Shown here one piece after another: positions 14,198-26,554 of a DNA stretch of 64,000 nucleotides (within the stretch, counting starts at the first letter, position 1; each line of letters opens with the position of its first letter). The stretch lies in NCBI GenBank assembly GCA_050230475.1, contig JBFLGF010000024.1:1-64000 (forward strand). The letters are read 5' to 3'. The position numbers and the translations under genes were made by a program. The DNA is from Ancylonema sp. Lineage: Eukaryota. The notes below the pieces were generated by a model. It saw nothing but the letters and a program-made list of their open reading frames with translations. It searched no databases and was not told the DNA's origin.

Positions 14198-14869
14198 GGC
14201 GACAAGGCGATGAAGCAAGGAGTTCAGGCCGTAGACAAGTCAGACATGGTTCAGTTCTGATGAATCGCAAGTTTGTATTTGAAATTACAAAAGAACTGAA
14301 CGTTTCCGAGGCAAAAGTGGATAGCCAACCGGAGAAGAGCTGCCATTGGCAACTCATGGACACCTGGAGTGGGCAAATATGGATAGACATTGTGCTGTAG
14401 CATGTCAATCGCTGGGCCATCTGCGTCAGCTCCGGGTCAGACTTGACCCGGGATGTTCACCGGTTTGTTTACCATTGTTATATGTTACCACCGCTACAAA
14501 TATGAATCTATTGGCGTTCATGGAGAGTCGTTCTGCGGTTCCTCAGTTCAGACCCTAGATTTGGTCGGATCGTACATGAAAAAGGCGCCAACGTAACAGG
14601 TTTTCGTGAAACGAACTTACCCAAGCTGCAAGTTCCATCAGCCTTGCCGGCAGCCGAGGTCAACTTGACGCAAACTTGTAACAGGACCAGACGACCAACA
14701 TTTGTTTCGCCGTCGAATGGCGTGCCTCGGCAGCATGCTTGACGGACTGGATGCTGTTGGTCGGAGCGCAACGGATGGCTGATCAACCACATGAATCGGA
14801 CATGCAAATACGGATCGGTACGCCGACTCGGCGGACCGGCCGGACACGCTGACTTTACGCGTGTGGGCA

Positions 14870-14912
14870 TCTAGGAGACTTGTCTCCAGGTCCTGGAGAC
14901 AAGTCTCCTAGA
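14870..14912. repeat. Perfect 43-bp hairpin palindrome (21-bp arms, 1-nt loop)
   Basis: TCTAGGAGACTTGTCTCCAGG-T-CCTGGAGACAAGTCTCCTAGA. Confidence 0.92.
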
Positions 14913-14937
14913 GTCCTGGAGTCCAGGAATCCGGGTT

Positions 14938-15057
14938 CAGTAAAACCTGTCTTAATTTATATTGTCTTAATTAATAACCTGTCTTAATTGATAAAAAATC
15001 TCCGGTCCCGACCTAGGGCGAGTATAATTATTAATAAACCTCTCAAACGTGATAACA
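14938..15057 (+). mobile_element. Truncated pogo/Tc1-like MITE end
   Basis: Starts CAGTAAAACCTGTCTTAATT with repeated TGTCTTAATT. Similar to 53729-53898. Confidence 0.45.
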
Positions 15058-15058
15058 T

Positions 15059-17040
15059 TTGAGAGGTGCGGTACTCAGTCAGGTTGATAACGCAGGAGAA
15101 GAATATGCAGTCGCATTTGCCAGCTGCAGCTGCAACAATGCGGAGAAAAACTATAGCAGCTTCCATGGCGAGTGTCTTGCAGTCATTTGGGCAGCACAAC
15201 ACTTCAGACAATTCTTGTTTGGAAAACCATTTACATTGATCACTGACCATGCTCCACTCAAATGGATTATGACTACTACAAAACTTACGGGCGAATTGGC
15301 ACGCTGGGCACTCCTACTCCAAGAATACGAATTCCAAGTTATTCACCGCCCCGACATTGCAAACTGTAACGCGGATAGATGCAGCCGATGTCCACTACCT
15401 GAAACCACCACAGACAACCATGAGAATGAGACACTGGGAGAGAAAACACCATGTTATTACTTCCAGACATCCCCAACTCTTCAAGTATCACCATCATACT
15501 ACCTCAGTTACCACCAGGATACACCACAACTTGAAGACCTCAAAGTTGACATTTGGGATGATAATGCTACCATGACATTACTCAAAACCCACCAATACAT
15601 ACCAACTCTGAACCAACAACAAAAAGCTCGAGCATACCACCGAGCACTCAAATATCGCTGGATGGGGAGATATGTACACAAAATACCACACATTGGACAT
15701 TTGAAAATCGTACCTCCACCACCAGAAAGATTACCATTGATCAATACCATGCACACTCGTTATGGTCATTTTGGTGTGAAACGAGTACTTCATGCACTTC
15801 AACAAGACTATTGGTGGCATTGAATGGGTGACAAAGTCATTCAGTGTATCAAAGACTGCGTCAACTGCTCTCGCTCGAAAGGCACATTTGCAGAAGGAAG
15901 AACACAACTACAACCTCTGCCTATACGTGGACATTTTACCGTTGGGGAGTCGACTTTGCAGGACCATTACACTCATATCCGCCAATGGCAATATCTATGT
16001 CATGATTTGTGGAACATTTCACTAAATGGGTGGAACTCATCCCACTCAAGGATAAATCTGCCAAATCCGCAGCCAACGCACTATTATACAACGTTCTTTC
16101 CAGATTTGGTGCACCAGGAGAAATCCTCACCGATCAAGGAGCAGAATTTGAAGGTTCCTTCACCAGTTTACTAGCTTAACACAACAGTACACACCACACC
16201 GCAGCCAGAGAACATCTACAAACGGATGGATTAGTTGAACGCATGGTACAAACCATGAAACTTTCCCTACGTAAAATACTACTCAAAGAACACCGCACAG
16301 ACAGGGATCTGTACCTACCATACGTAGCCATGGGTTACCGCATGACCAAACAAGCCTCTACCGGTTACTCACCATACTATTTACTATATGGAAGACACCC
16401 CATCTTTCAAGCTCAAATCCAACAAGCTGAAAATAACCCTTTACCGGACGCACTAAGTGACTTACCACAATTCATTCACGAACGCACCAAACTATTTGAG
16501 GAAGTCATGCCTCTCGCTATGCGCAACCTCGCCATAGCACAACAAAGAGATCGACATCAATACTTCCGAGTTCATAGTGGCAACTGGGCCAAAGCAAAAC
16601 CACGCTTTCACCGCAGACAGTTTGTTTATGTCAAACGCCAGACCAAAGGGACTCTCGATGTAAAGACTCACCCACAAATACTCAGGGTCACTCAAATCCG
16701 TCCCTCCGGATACATTCAACTTCAAGGCAAAGATGGACGAAGAATATGGGAGCAAATGGCCAACATATCACCATGTAGCCTCAGCATTCAGGATGATGAA
16801 CTTGACGTGAGCCGCTTCAACAGCGCAGACCCTACATTCTGTCGCCAATGCGGATCTCGCAAAGATGAACGCAATATCATTCTTTGTGATAACTGCAACG
16901 ACGATTACCACATCTACTGCCTTCGTCCTCCATTACCTACCATTCCTGCTGGACAATGGCTCTGTCCTCACCCCCACGATGACGCTGCTCCAAATACCCA
17001 GCTCTTCCACAAGAATTCCCCAGCTGGGGGGGGGGAGTGA
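15059..17040 (+). pseudogene. Gypsy pol 3' part: RNase H, DDE integrase, C-terminal PHD finger (stops/frameshifts)
   Basis: ORFs 15059-15823, 15824-16174 and 16243-17040. [47 protein letters not shown]. Confidence 0.9.
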
Positions 17041-18539
17041 GAGCAGCAGAGTCAAACTACGTCTACTATCGACATCGACACCAAGACCAGTAAAGAGCTA
17101 CATCAATAAAGCAGACCACCAAGACCAGACCCTGATAACCATGTAACTCAGATATATCCCAACAACCTCATTATAAGCAACCGACTCCAAACCGCACGTC
17201 AGCTGCATGACGCTAGAGATCGTTAAGGGTAAAACCCCTTTATAACAATATCCAGACCTCTCTAGTAACCAGACCTCTCTAGTAAAATCCCTTGTTAGAA
17301 GCAATCAGATTCGATATAAAGATTTCATGATTTTGTGTGAAGTTTGAATCAGTACTCCGCAAAATCCAATCGAAAATAACGCGTGGCGTATTTTCCGAGT
17401 ATAATATCCAGCAGTCGTACAATTTAGACTGCGTGTCGATTTTTCAGCGCTTAGCGCAACTTTGTTATTGACGATGATATTTCTGACTTGTCGATACTAT
17501 CCCGGCGATAAAATCCAGCCGTAGAATACTTGACGTCTGAATTTGTAGCGCCAAGATTAAATAGAACTTTCTAGAGTACAGGTCGATTAACCATGTCGAT
17601 TAGTTAGAACTAGTTAGTTTGTACGATTAGACGATCGTAGCATAAAGACATTTTCAATTTACAGATCTGCCAGCTTCCACTATCGGATTGCGCCGTCAAG
17701 AAACTTTCGAAATATCTTCTCTTCAAAATCCTGTCTATTGTATGAATTTTGCAACTCCTGGCTGACGCGAGTTCTTGCCATCATCTCCGTATCTTGTCTA
17801 CGATTACTCGTGCGACTACCGTCGACGAGTTCTGTAAGTTGACCGAAGTGACCTTCGCAACTTCCTGTCATTATTTGTGTATTCAGCTGACGCTCTTAGT
17901 GAGCCAGCCTGTAAACTTTATTGTTTACCATCACGTCTTAGTACTGACGCTCTTACTGAGCGAGTTCTAACCAACTACTACATTGCTGACGTTCTTACTG
18001 AGCCAGAACTACTTTGTCGATTTGCATCGATCTGTCACCGCTCGCACCGAGCCAATACGATAACGACGCGCAACCACTTGTTGACGTTCTAACTGAACCA
18101 ACAAACCACATCCATCAATCAACCTCTGTCAACGCTCCGTTTGACAACCGAACTTTCTACTCGAAAGTTTACCTTTCGGCTGTCGACCTTAATATTTTGC
18201 ACCAGGGTATTCTGTTTACCATCAATAATCCTTTCCCAGACTTTCTATTGTTGATAGTAATTGTCGACTCGCCCTCGGCGTCAAGTAGTGTTTCACACAT
18301 TCACGCCGAGAAAGTGTGATAGAATTAGCGTAGCACCTAGTTCTCAGCAGAGACTCAATCTGCAACCAAACTTAGTGAGAGCAGCAGAGTCAGACTACGT
18401 CTACTATCGATATCGACACCAAGACCAGTAAAGAGCTACATCATCAAAGCAGACCACCAAGACCAGACCTTGATAACCATGTAACTCAGATATACCCCAA
18501 CAACCTCAGTATAAGCAACCGACTCCAAACCGCAAGTCA
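17038..18539 (+). repeat. Split terminal repeat: A (17038-17201) - gc - B (17204-18375) - A (18376-18539)
   Basis: Two near-identical 164-bp blocks TGAGAGCAGC...CCGCA(C/A)GTCA flank the ~1.17-kb B block, which is shared with other copies. Confidence 0.9.
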
Positions 18540-21091
18540 TCGATGCACCTTACGATACTATCGAAAAGGAACTCCGATGTTAATGTTGTGGACAAATAGG
18601 ACACACTATGAGAAATTTCCCTCAACAACGCAATTTGTTACTCGATTCACCTCAAGGAGAGGTAGCACTACCACATTACTACCCTCGTCAAGCACAAATG
18701 CCAAAACCACCTATGTCACTTTCTATTTTGGGACCACAAAATACCAAACCACGTGCGGTTCGTTGCAACGCCTGGCTCACAACCAACTGGAACATATCAA
18801 CAACAAACAACAATCAATTTGTGCTTACTACTGGTGGAGAAACACTTTCACTACCAATCTTTGATTTTGGTGCTAAGAACGTCACCATCGGTACCAAGTT
18901 CGCCAAACAACTCAAGCTCACCTCACATAACCTTGACCCTGGTGAAGAATACATTACTTCATATGGCTGATACCAACACTTTTTGGGAACCACCAAGAAG
19001 GCATATACCATCACAAAAAACCAACCCACGGACATGGCAAGAACCAAACCTCGGTAAAAGCCAAGCTCCACCTTACACCATCCGACAAATATGATGTATT
19101 AGTGGGAAGCATTTTCTTGGGACCAATTGGCGGGATTAGTGATCTCTGGAGTCAACATTTCCACTACACAGTGGACTAGGAGAAACAAGGCACACACCGT
19201 GGATCGATACCAGTCAAATATACACTACCTCATGCACCAACAATCCATTGTCAATACATGGAAGAAGGTATATACCACGAACCACAAAATTATCATGACG
19301 CACCTATTGCAAATGAGTACTAAACTCACCTTCAAGACTGGGAAACCAACACAATGGTTTACTTAGCAACAACCAAACTTACCGACATTCAACAAGCTCA
19401 TCGACCACCACTCAATGATGCAGCCATAACTATGGCACAAGCCAAAAAGAAATATGATGTTAACCGACTCACCACTCTACGCATCAACGATGCACAATAT
19501 TGCCGTAAAGCCATTGGCCGAATGCAAAACAAGTCATTACCAATAGAGTGCATGGCAAGGTGCACCATTTTTTGTCCAGCACATGAGGACGAACGCTACT
19601 CCTCAAACCTAGTTCCTCCACATCTGTTTCGCAACTGGGGGGGGGAGTGAGAGCAGCACAGTACCAGTATGTGACATCAAGAGATTGTACCAAAATCAAA
19701 CAACAAGAGAACAACATATTCAAAAGTAGTTTAAAAAGAAACAAGTGACACCAAACCAGTTGAGAAGAAAGTACAAAGTCAAGAACAACGTATTAGGCGG
19801 CCGACTTCAAACTGTACCTTCAGCTGTCATAACGCTAGAGATCGCTAGGGCGAAACCCCTCTGAATTGATCTGAAACCCCTCTCGATTAATACTCCTCTA
19901 TAACAAGAGTGTTTGATACAACGACATCTAGACTTAGTTTTTTTTATAGAAAAGTGTGAAGTACGATTTGTTGTACGACTTCAAAATAACGTGTGGCGTA
20001 TTTTCATGAGTATAGAATCCAGTAGTTCAACAAATAGTTGCGTGTCGATATTTTGGAAATCGACAATGTCACTTTCGCCATTTCGATAATCCCAGCGAAA
20101 ATATCCAATCGTATAATTACAGATGAAATCTCGCGCCTCTCATCGTAGCGTCGTAATGACTTTGAAAGTTCTAGAAGCCAGCTTGTCGAAATGTTCGATA
20201 AACTAACTCTCGTTAACTCTGTCGGTTAGCACCGCGCAACAACTTTGTGATAAAAAACAATTGTATTTTCAGATGTGCTACCTTCCGCTGTTAGATCGCG
20301 CTGTTAAGAAATTTCCTTCAACAATTCTTTGTGTACTCTGAATCCTTGCAATTTTGTATTATTGCATCTCTTCGCTTACGCGATTTCGCATCGTGCTCGT
20401 TTTTGTCTCACCCTGACATCCGCTAGCCAGAGTAGAAGTTGACCAAATTATAATTTGCAACTTGTGTGTGTGTTTGTTATCCGAATCTCTTGCTGACGCT
20501 CTTTCTGAGCGAGCTTTGAAATCGAGTGTAATATCTTGCATCGATTCGCTGACGCTCTTTTTGAGCCAACAATTAAAGTGTTCAATTGTGTTGTTCGTTG
20601 GTCCTCGCACCGAGCCAACAATTGTTGTTTACACTTGTCTGGTGACGCTCTTACTGAGCCAACATCTTTCATCGATACGCCATCCATCCATTACCATCAT
20701 TTTTTTGCCTTCCCACCGAAAGTAACTCTTATGGTTGTTGACCCTAATAGTCTGCACAACACTATTCCCTTTGTGCTATAATATTTTCCACGACTTTAGT
20801 ATTGCACCTATTTCATCTATTAGCTTGCCTTCTGCGTAGTGATTACTAAGTAGTGATTTACACCACATTGTTGAGATGTGTGATAAATATCTTAGATATC
20901 TGAGCAAAGAATCAATTTGTAATACTACTTAGTGAGAGCAGCATTGTACCAGATTGTGACATCAAGAGATTGTACCAACATCAAACAACAAGAAAATAAC
21001 ATCTTCCAAAGTGGTTTAGAAAACGACAAATGACACCAAACCATTTGAGAAGAAAGTACCAAGTCAATAACAATCTATAAACCGCACGTCA
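18540..21091 (+). mobile_element. Internally deleted member of the same Gypsy family (zinc knuckle + protease fused to PHD tail), ending PPT-A(19648-19822)-gc-B(19825-20932)-A(20933-21091)
   Basis: 18575-19550 is homologous to 39220-38150 (PIFDFGAKNVTIG protease). It then jumps to ...FCPAH..., the PPT and an A-B-A end. Confidence 0.85.
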
Positions 21092-21459
21092 TGTATTTGT
21101 AGCATCTATATTGACTCTCCCAACCACCATGTCAACCACCAAAAAATGTAAATGTTACTATTCCAAATCAGATCATTTCAGCACTGTAAGTCGAGACCTA
21201 ACACAACGGCCTTGATACATGAATTAGACTACCCCGGTATGGGCATATGCCACTATACCGCCTCGTATACTACGGCGGAACTTTTTTAAGCAATCTCAAC
21301 GCTAAGGCTACGATACTAACAACAACCTGCTATAGGGCGGGCTACATTTCGGGAATTCTCAAATCCATATATAAAACTCAAAGTTTCCCATCGGTTCTAT
21401 TAAAGTGTGTGCATTTTTAAAAAAAAATTGAGTTGAAGCAAAACTTTGAAGTGAAATTC

Positions 21460-22604
21460 AAAATGAAATTTGGCCTAGCTGACAAGGAGCTACATGACGT
21501 TGTCCTGGATTGGGGCAAATCCCCGGAGCAAGCGAAACATGGCGTGCTTCCACCAATCACGCAGGACGAGCTCGATGCTCTGGAGGTTGCGGACGTCGCT
21601 CGTACGGTCACGACACGCACCCAACTCATCGGTCGATAGACTCTCGTTCGAGAGGATTGGTCGAAGAAGAACATCGCTGCGATGGCCTACATCGTTAAAC
21701 ACCTCTAGACGGGGGAGCTGACACATGTGAGGAATAGCGAGAGTGCAACAAAGTTGTAGGACGCCCTGAAGACCTTCTGCGACCTTCACAGAGCCATCGA
21801 GATCGCCAACGCTGAAGCAGAGCTCACGGCGATCATTATGGGAGAGGGGGAGGACCTGAGCGACTACGTGAAGCGATTGCAGGAGCTGCATGATCGTTTG
21901 GGGCATGTGGGGGAGCTAGTCAAGCCCGCGAAGCAGACCATCAACTTCATCAACTCGCTCAACACTCGCTACGGCGCCCGTGTGGAGAGCGTGATGTCGT
22001 AGGTAGTCTCTGCACCGACACTCTTCACGATCCCTCAGGTCGTCAGCACTCTCGCTGCTACTGATCGTCGGGAGGTCTCCAACGACGACGGCGAGGGCTG
22101 CTGCCAGGTGCTGGCCAGCGGGCGAACTTCGTTGGTGGGGTTGGCTACACGGGCAAACCTGGATCTGGCCCAAGTCGACCTGGTGGGAGTGGCGGACCCG
22201 GAAGTCGCGACCTGGCGAGCGTTCAGTGCTACAGATGTCAACAATTCGGCCACCTGAAGGCGAATTGCACGGCACCAAGAGTGGGTGGAGGACAGATTGG
22301 AGGGCTGGAGAATGTGAGGTACTACAAATGTGGGGATTTTGGCCACAAGGTGGCGCAATGCAGAGAAGTGGCGCTGCAGCAGGGCCACGGATACGGCCGA
22401 GGGAGTGGGGAAGTGCAAGAACAGTGCACGTATTGCGGTCACGGGGGGCATGAAATGGAGGGGTGCCAGTCAAAGGCATGGGATGTGGGGGCTCAAGCGC
22501 GGCTGGCGGCGTGCACACATGTATCATCTGATGCAGCTGTGCGCAGTGCATACGGTGCATCTTCTGGAGGGGAGGTGGTTAGTCAAGAGGGGAGTCTATT
22601 CTTA
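21460..22604 (+). pseudogene. Ty1/Copia gag fragment with CCHC knuckles
   Basis: Homologous to 45311-46300 and 23891-24850. Contains CYRCQQFGHLKANC. Several stops. Confidence 0.8.
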
Positions 22605-23558
22605 AAACCTTTCTCCGCACCCCCATTTCAGTACTCCCTCCTCTATCTGGCAGCAGATTGTCTGCCCAGAATACCCCTGTTCAGCAAAACTAACACACTT
22701 GACTCAATACCTGGCCAAAATTTCCTAAAAAACTTGCTACACTTAGCTAACTCTACCAGCTACAATACTAGTTTTATAAATAAAAAAACAAACAGACACT
22801 TTGCAGCATGCATCAATTTTTCTGGGTTGCTGTTGCCAGACTTCTACTGAATACCCTGCTGGACCCTATACAACCAGCTTTTCAGCTCACTTATCCAAAT
22901 GACTTCAAACTAAGTACACCTCTATTTATCCCTAGCAGCCACCTGACTAGTTTTACAAATCAACAAACGACCAAATACTCAGCCCAATGTAAACTATTTT
23001 CTGGAGTACTGGCGGCAGACTGTGCAGACTCCAGAACTGCACTTTTTCACTCTCTCTCTATCCGCCACACAAGAGACTTGGGCAGGCAGGACCCCTACCA
23101 TAACTAACATGACTTAAAACTGTCCCACATCCCCTGGCATCAGCTAGTACACCCCCATGACCACTACACTAGACCGCGCACACATCAGCCGTCAAGTCAG
23201 GCGGGGCGTAGGGTTGGGAAGTTAGTAGGTGTGGACTGTTTGCTTTGACACCTGTCCTGATCCTGGACCTATCCCTCACTAACACCTGCCCTCTGGCACC
23301 CTCATACTTCTTGCTATCACCTAGTAACTCCTCTAGGATCTCATATCCTGTCTTCCTCCCGAAACCATCCAGAATTGACTTCAAGTTAATGGACTTGGGG
23401 GTTTCAATGATGGTGGAAGGTAGGGGTAGAGGCTCAAGAGCTTCAACTTCTTTGATTTGGGGGGACGGTAAGGGTTGAGTTTTCAAGGGTTGAGGCATGC
23501 ATTGAATCAGATTCACTTGCATCCTGCTGGGCTGAAGAATGGACCCTTGTAACAAAAG

Positions 23559-25766
23559 CTATCCATTTTTCCCCCTTTTCACATCACACCACGTCTTGCC
23601 TCCCCTAGTCAAACTAGACATACCTCCCACCTTTAAATGGAACTCCACATCCCCCCTCTCGTTCAGCCGCGTCAAGCTGACCAGCTGTTGGTGAATACTG
23701 GGCACATGGAGTGCGATCAGCCGGCGATGCACCACTTGCGAGCCACACTGCACGGCAAGTGTCACGATGCCGCTTCCCTTCACCTCGTGGGCTTTGTTGT
23801 CAAGCGTGTAGACGTAGTCTGGGCTGGCCAAGGGACTGTACTCGGTCATGTAGTCTGAGGTCGGAAAGACGTGGTCTGATGCACCCGAGTCTAAGAATAG
23901 ACTCCCCTCGTGACTAACCGCCCCTCCTCTAGACGATGCACCGTATGCAGTGTGGACAGCTGCATCTGATGGTACATGTATGCACGCCGCCAGCCGCGCT
24001 TGAGCCCCCACATCCATGCCTTTGCCTGGCACCCCTCCGTTTCATGCCGCCCGTTACCGCAATATGTGCACCATAGTTGCACTCCCTCACTTCCTCGGCC
24101 GTATCCGTGGCCGTGCTGCAGCGCCACTTCTCTGCACTGCGCCACCTTCTGGCCGAAATCCCCACATTTGTAGCACCTCACATTCTCCAGCCCTCCAATC
24201 TGTCCTCCACCCACTCTTGGTGCCGTGCAATTCGCCTTCAGGTGGCCGAATTGTTGACATCTGTAGCACTGAACGCTCGCCAGGTCGCGACTTCCGGGTC
24301 CGCCACTCCCACCAGGTCGACTTGGGCCAGATCCAGATCTGCCTGTGTAGCCACCCCCACCAACGAAGTTCGCCTGCTGGCCAACACCCGGCAGCAGCCC
24401 TCGCTTTCGGTCGTTGCACACCTCCCGTCGATCACCAGCAACGACAGTGCTGACGAACTGAGGGATGGTGAAGAGTGCTGGCGCCGACACTGCCCATGAC
24501 ATCACGCTCTCCACCTTTGAGCTGTAACGAGTATTGAGGGAGTTCAAGAAATTTATCGTCCCCTTCGGTGGCTTCACTTGCTCGTCCAGATGTCCTAGCC
24601 GATCGTGCAGGTCTTGAATCCGCTTCACGAAGTCGTTCAGATCTTCCCTCTCGTCCATAAGAATCGCTGACAGCTTCGCTTCAGCGTTCACGACCTCTAT
24701 GGCTCCTTGAATATCGTAGAAGGACTTCAGGGCCTCCCACATCTCTGCAGCAGTCGTGCAGTTCCTCACATGTGTCAGCTCCCCAGAGTAGAGGTGCTTG
24801 ACGATGTAGGCCATCGCAACTAAATTGCGTCTCGACCACGCCTCCAACACTGAGTCTGTCGCGCGATGAGGTTGGTGCGTGAGATGATGGCTCGATTGAC
24901 GTCATCACCGTTGGCCCTCAATGCTTCTTCTTCCGCCTGTGTGAGTGGCTCAGACACAACAGGTCGGGATTGCTTGGAAATTCCATCCCAGTCCATGACA
25001 ACGTCATGCAATTCTTTGTCCGCTTTAAACGACCAGCCCTTGTTTGCTCCTGTGAATACCGGAATCAACGACTTCTCCGACATTGTAGGCACCAAATTGT
25101 TGAGGGTTATCAGCAGCTCTCTCTCTCTCAGCGTGTTTTGTGTAGCGCAGCTCACAACTCAGTCACTGGCAGCGCAATTCGAACGATTACGTGCAGCACT
25201 TAATAATCCCATTCTCAAAGTCTCTTCGCAGCGAATCGCGTGGAAGCCTGTAGTTATTAACACTGCGTCTTTAATTAGACCGCCAGTGGGCCCATAACCT
25301 TTTGGCGTCGGTACGTGATTGGTGTGCGAGATTTCGTGATGTTCTTTCCGTACAAGGTACTACGTCTCTCAGAGCTGATCAATGACAAGTATTATGTTGG
25401 AAGAATGATCGTGTTAATTATCGAAAAGTGACGGCATCGGGTTAATAATACCTCGATGCCTCATACAATCGCAACGTCAATTATTGCCGACGGTCGGAAC
25501 TATTGACCGTCGGCCTCTCACAACTCGACACCTAAGTAGACATGTCAACGACTCATGCCGGACAGTCTGAGATGACATAACGTCTAGATCCGGAACCATC
25601 TAGACCACATGTGCCACAAACGGCACACTCGAAACGTTATGTTCGGGTGCCCGGACACAAGTCCGGCCCCTCAATACAAGCACACCCTAGGAATTCGACC
25701 GGTTACACTAAGCGGTAGCCCGGACTAGCACACTAGCAAGCATGGCTATCCGATATAATTCCTACA
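23559..25766 (-). mobile_element. 3'-truncated Ty1/Copia element: 5' LTR 25766-25300, PBS 25299-25287, gag, protease
   Basis: PBS GGTTATGGGCCCA (half-tRNAi-Met type), gag with three knuckles, protease FLDSGASDH. LTR is homologous to 46578-47042. Confidence 0.88.
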
Positions 25767-26554
25767 GAGCACATGCAGTTTATGTTGAGATATTTGTTTT
25801 TTAACCGTAATTCTAATTTCGAATATTTTAGGGTAGAACTCGAAAACCCAAACGCCTCAAAATCTCTACAAACTCAAGCCCTCGATAAAAATCATTTCGT
25901 TATCGGAAGCTCTTCGCTGTAAGAATATAATTGGCGCCTTTTTGTAGTTTCAACACTCAAAATGCGGTTTTTATTAGAAACATTCGCTAAAAACTACATT
26001 TCCCCCCGAATTTTCTAGGTTTCTTGAATCGGGGTTTGAGTTGTATATTAGCCACCCGGGCGGGGCTTTCTTACCCATCTCCCGAGCCGAGCGTTAACGG
26101 TTTCAAACCAGTACGCGTCAACGCGACGAGCTAGAATGAAAACGAAGGCAAGTTCGTTTTCAATGGCTTGGCGCCAATGGCGGAATGTACCAAATCTGCG
26201 GACGTAGGCAGAGATCCTGAATAATGCGCAATAGTTTCTGTGTGTACGCTTATTCGTCCCCATGTTTGTAGCGGCGGCTCTGTTTCTACCAAAGAACAGA
26301 AACTGTAGCCCCCCCGGGTCAAGTCAGACCTGACGTGACGCAGATGATCCAGATGGTGACATGCTACAGCCCAATGGTTATCCATAACTGCCTAGTCCAG
26401 ATTTACATAAGATGCCGAATGCTTTTCGGCTGTGCGATGTTTCATCTATTTTTCGATCCTTGCGAAACTTTCAGTGCAAGGTCTTTCAAGGCTGGACGCA
26501 GCTCAGCAAAGGCTACTGTGCCGCAAGGAATCCTCGTTTCGTCACTTGGCCGCC

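Larger units (their letters stand above)
15059..18539 (+). mobile_element. 5'-truncated Ty3/Gypsy element (RNase H-integrase-PHD) ending PPT-A-B-A
   Basis: RNase H (ECLAV, ITDHAPL), integrase HHCC (H..GHFG..C..C), [27 protein letters not shown] and PHD. PPT G10AG at 17026-17037. Confidence 0.92.

Noticed and set aside
17038..18539. A-B-A as an independent TRIM with 164-bp LTRs
   Set aside because: It always follows the element's own PPT directly, has no TSD of its own, and B alone forms the 5' end of full elements.
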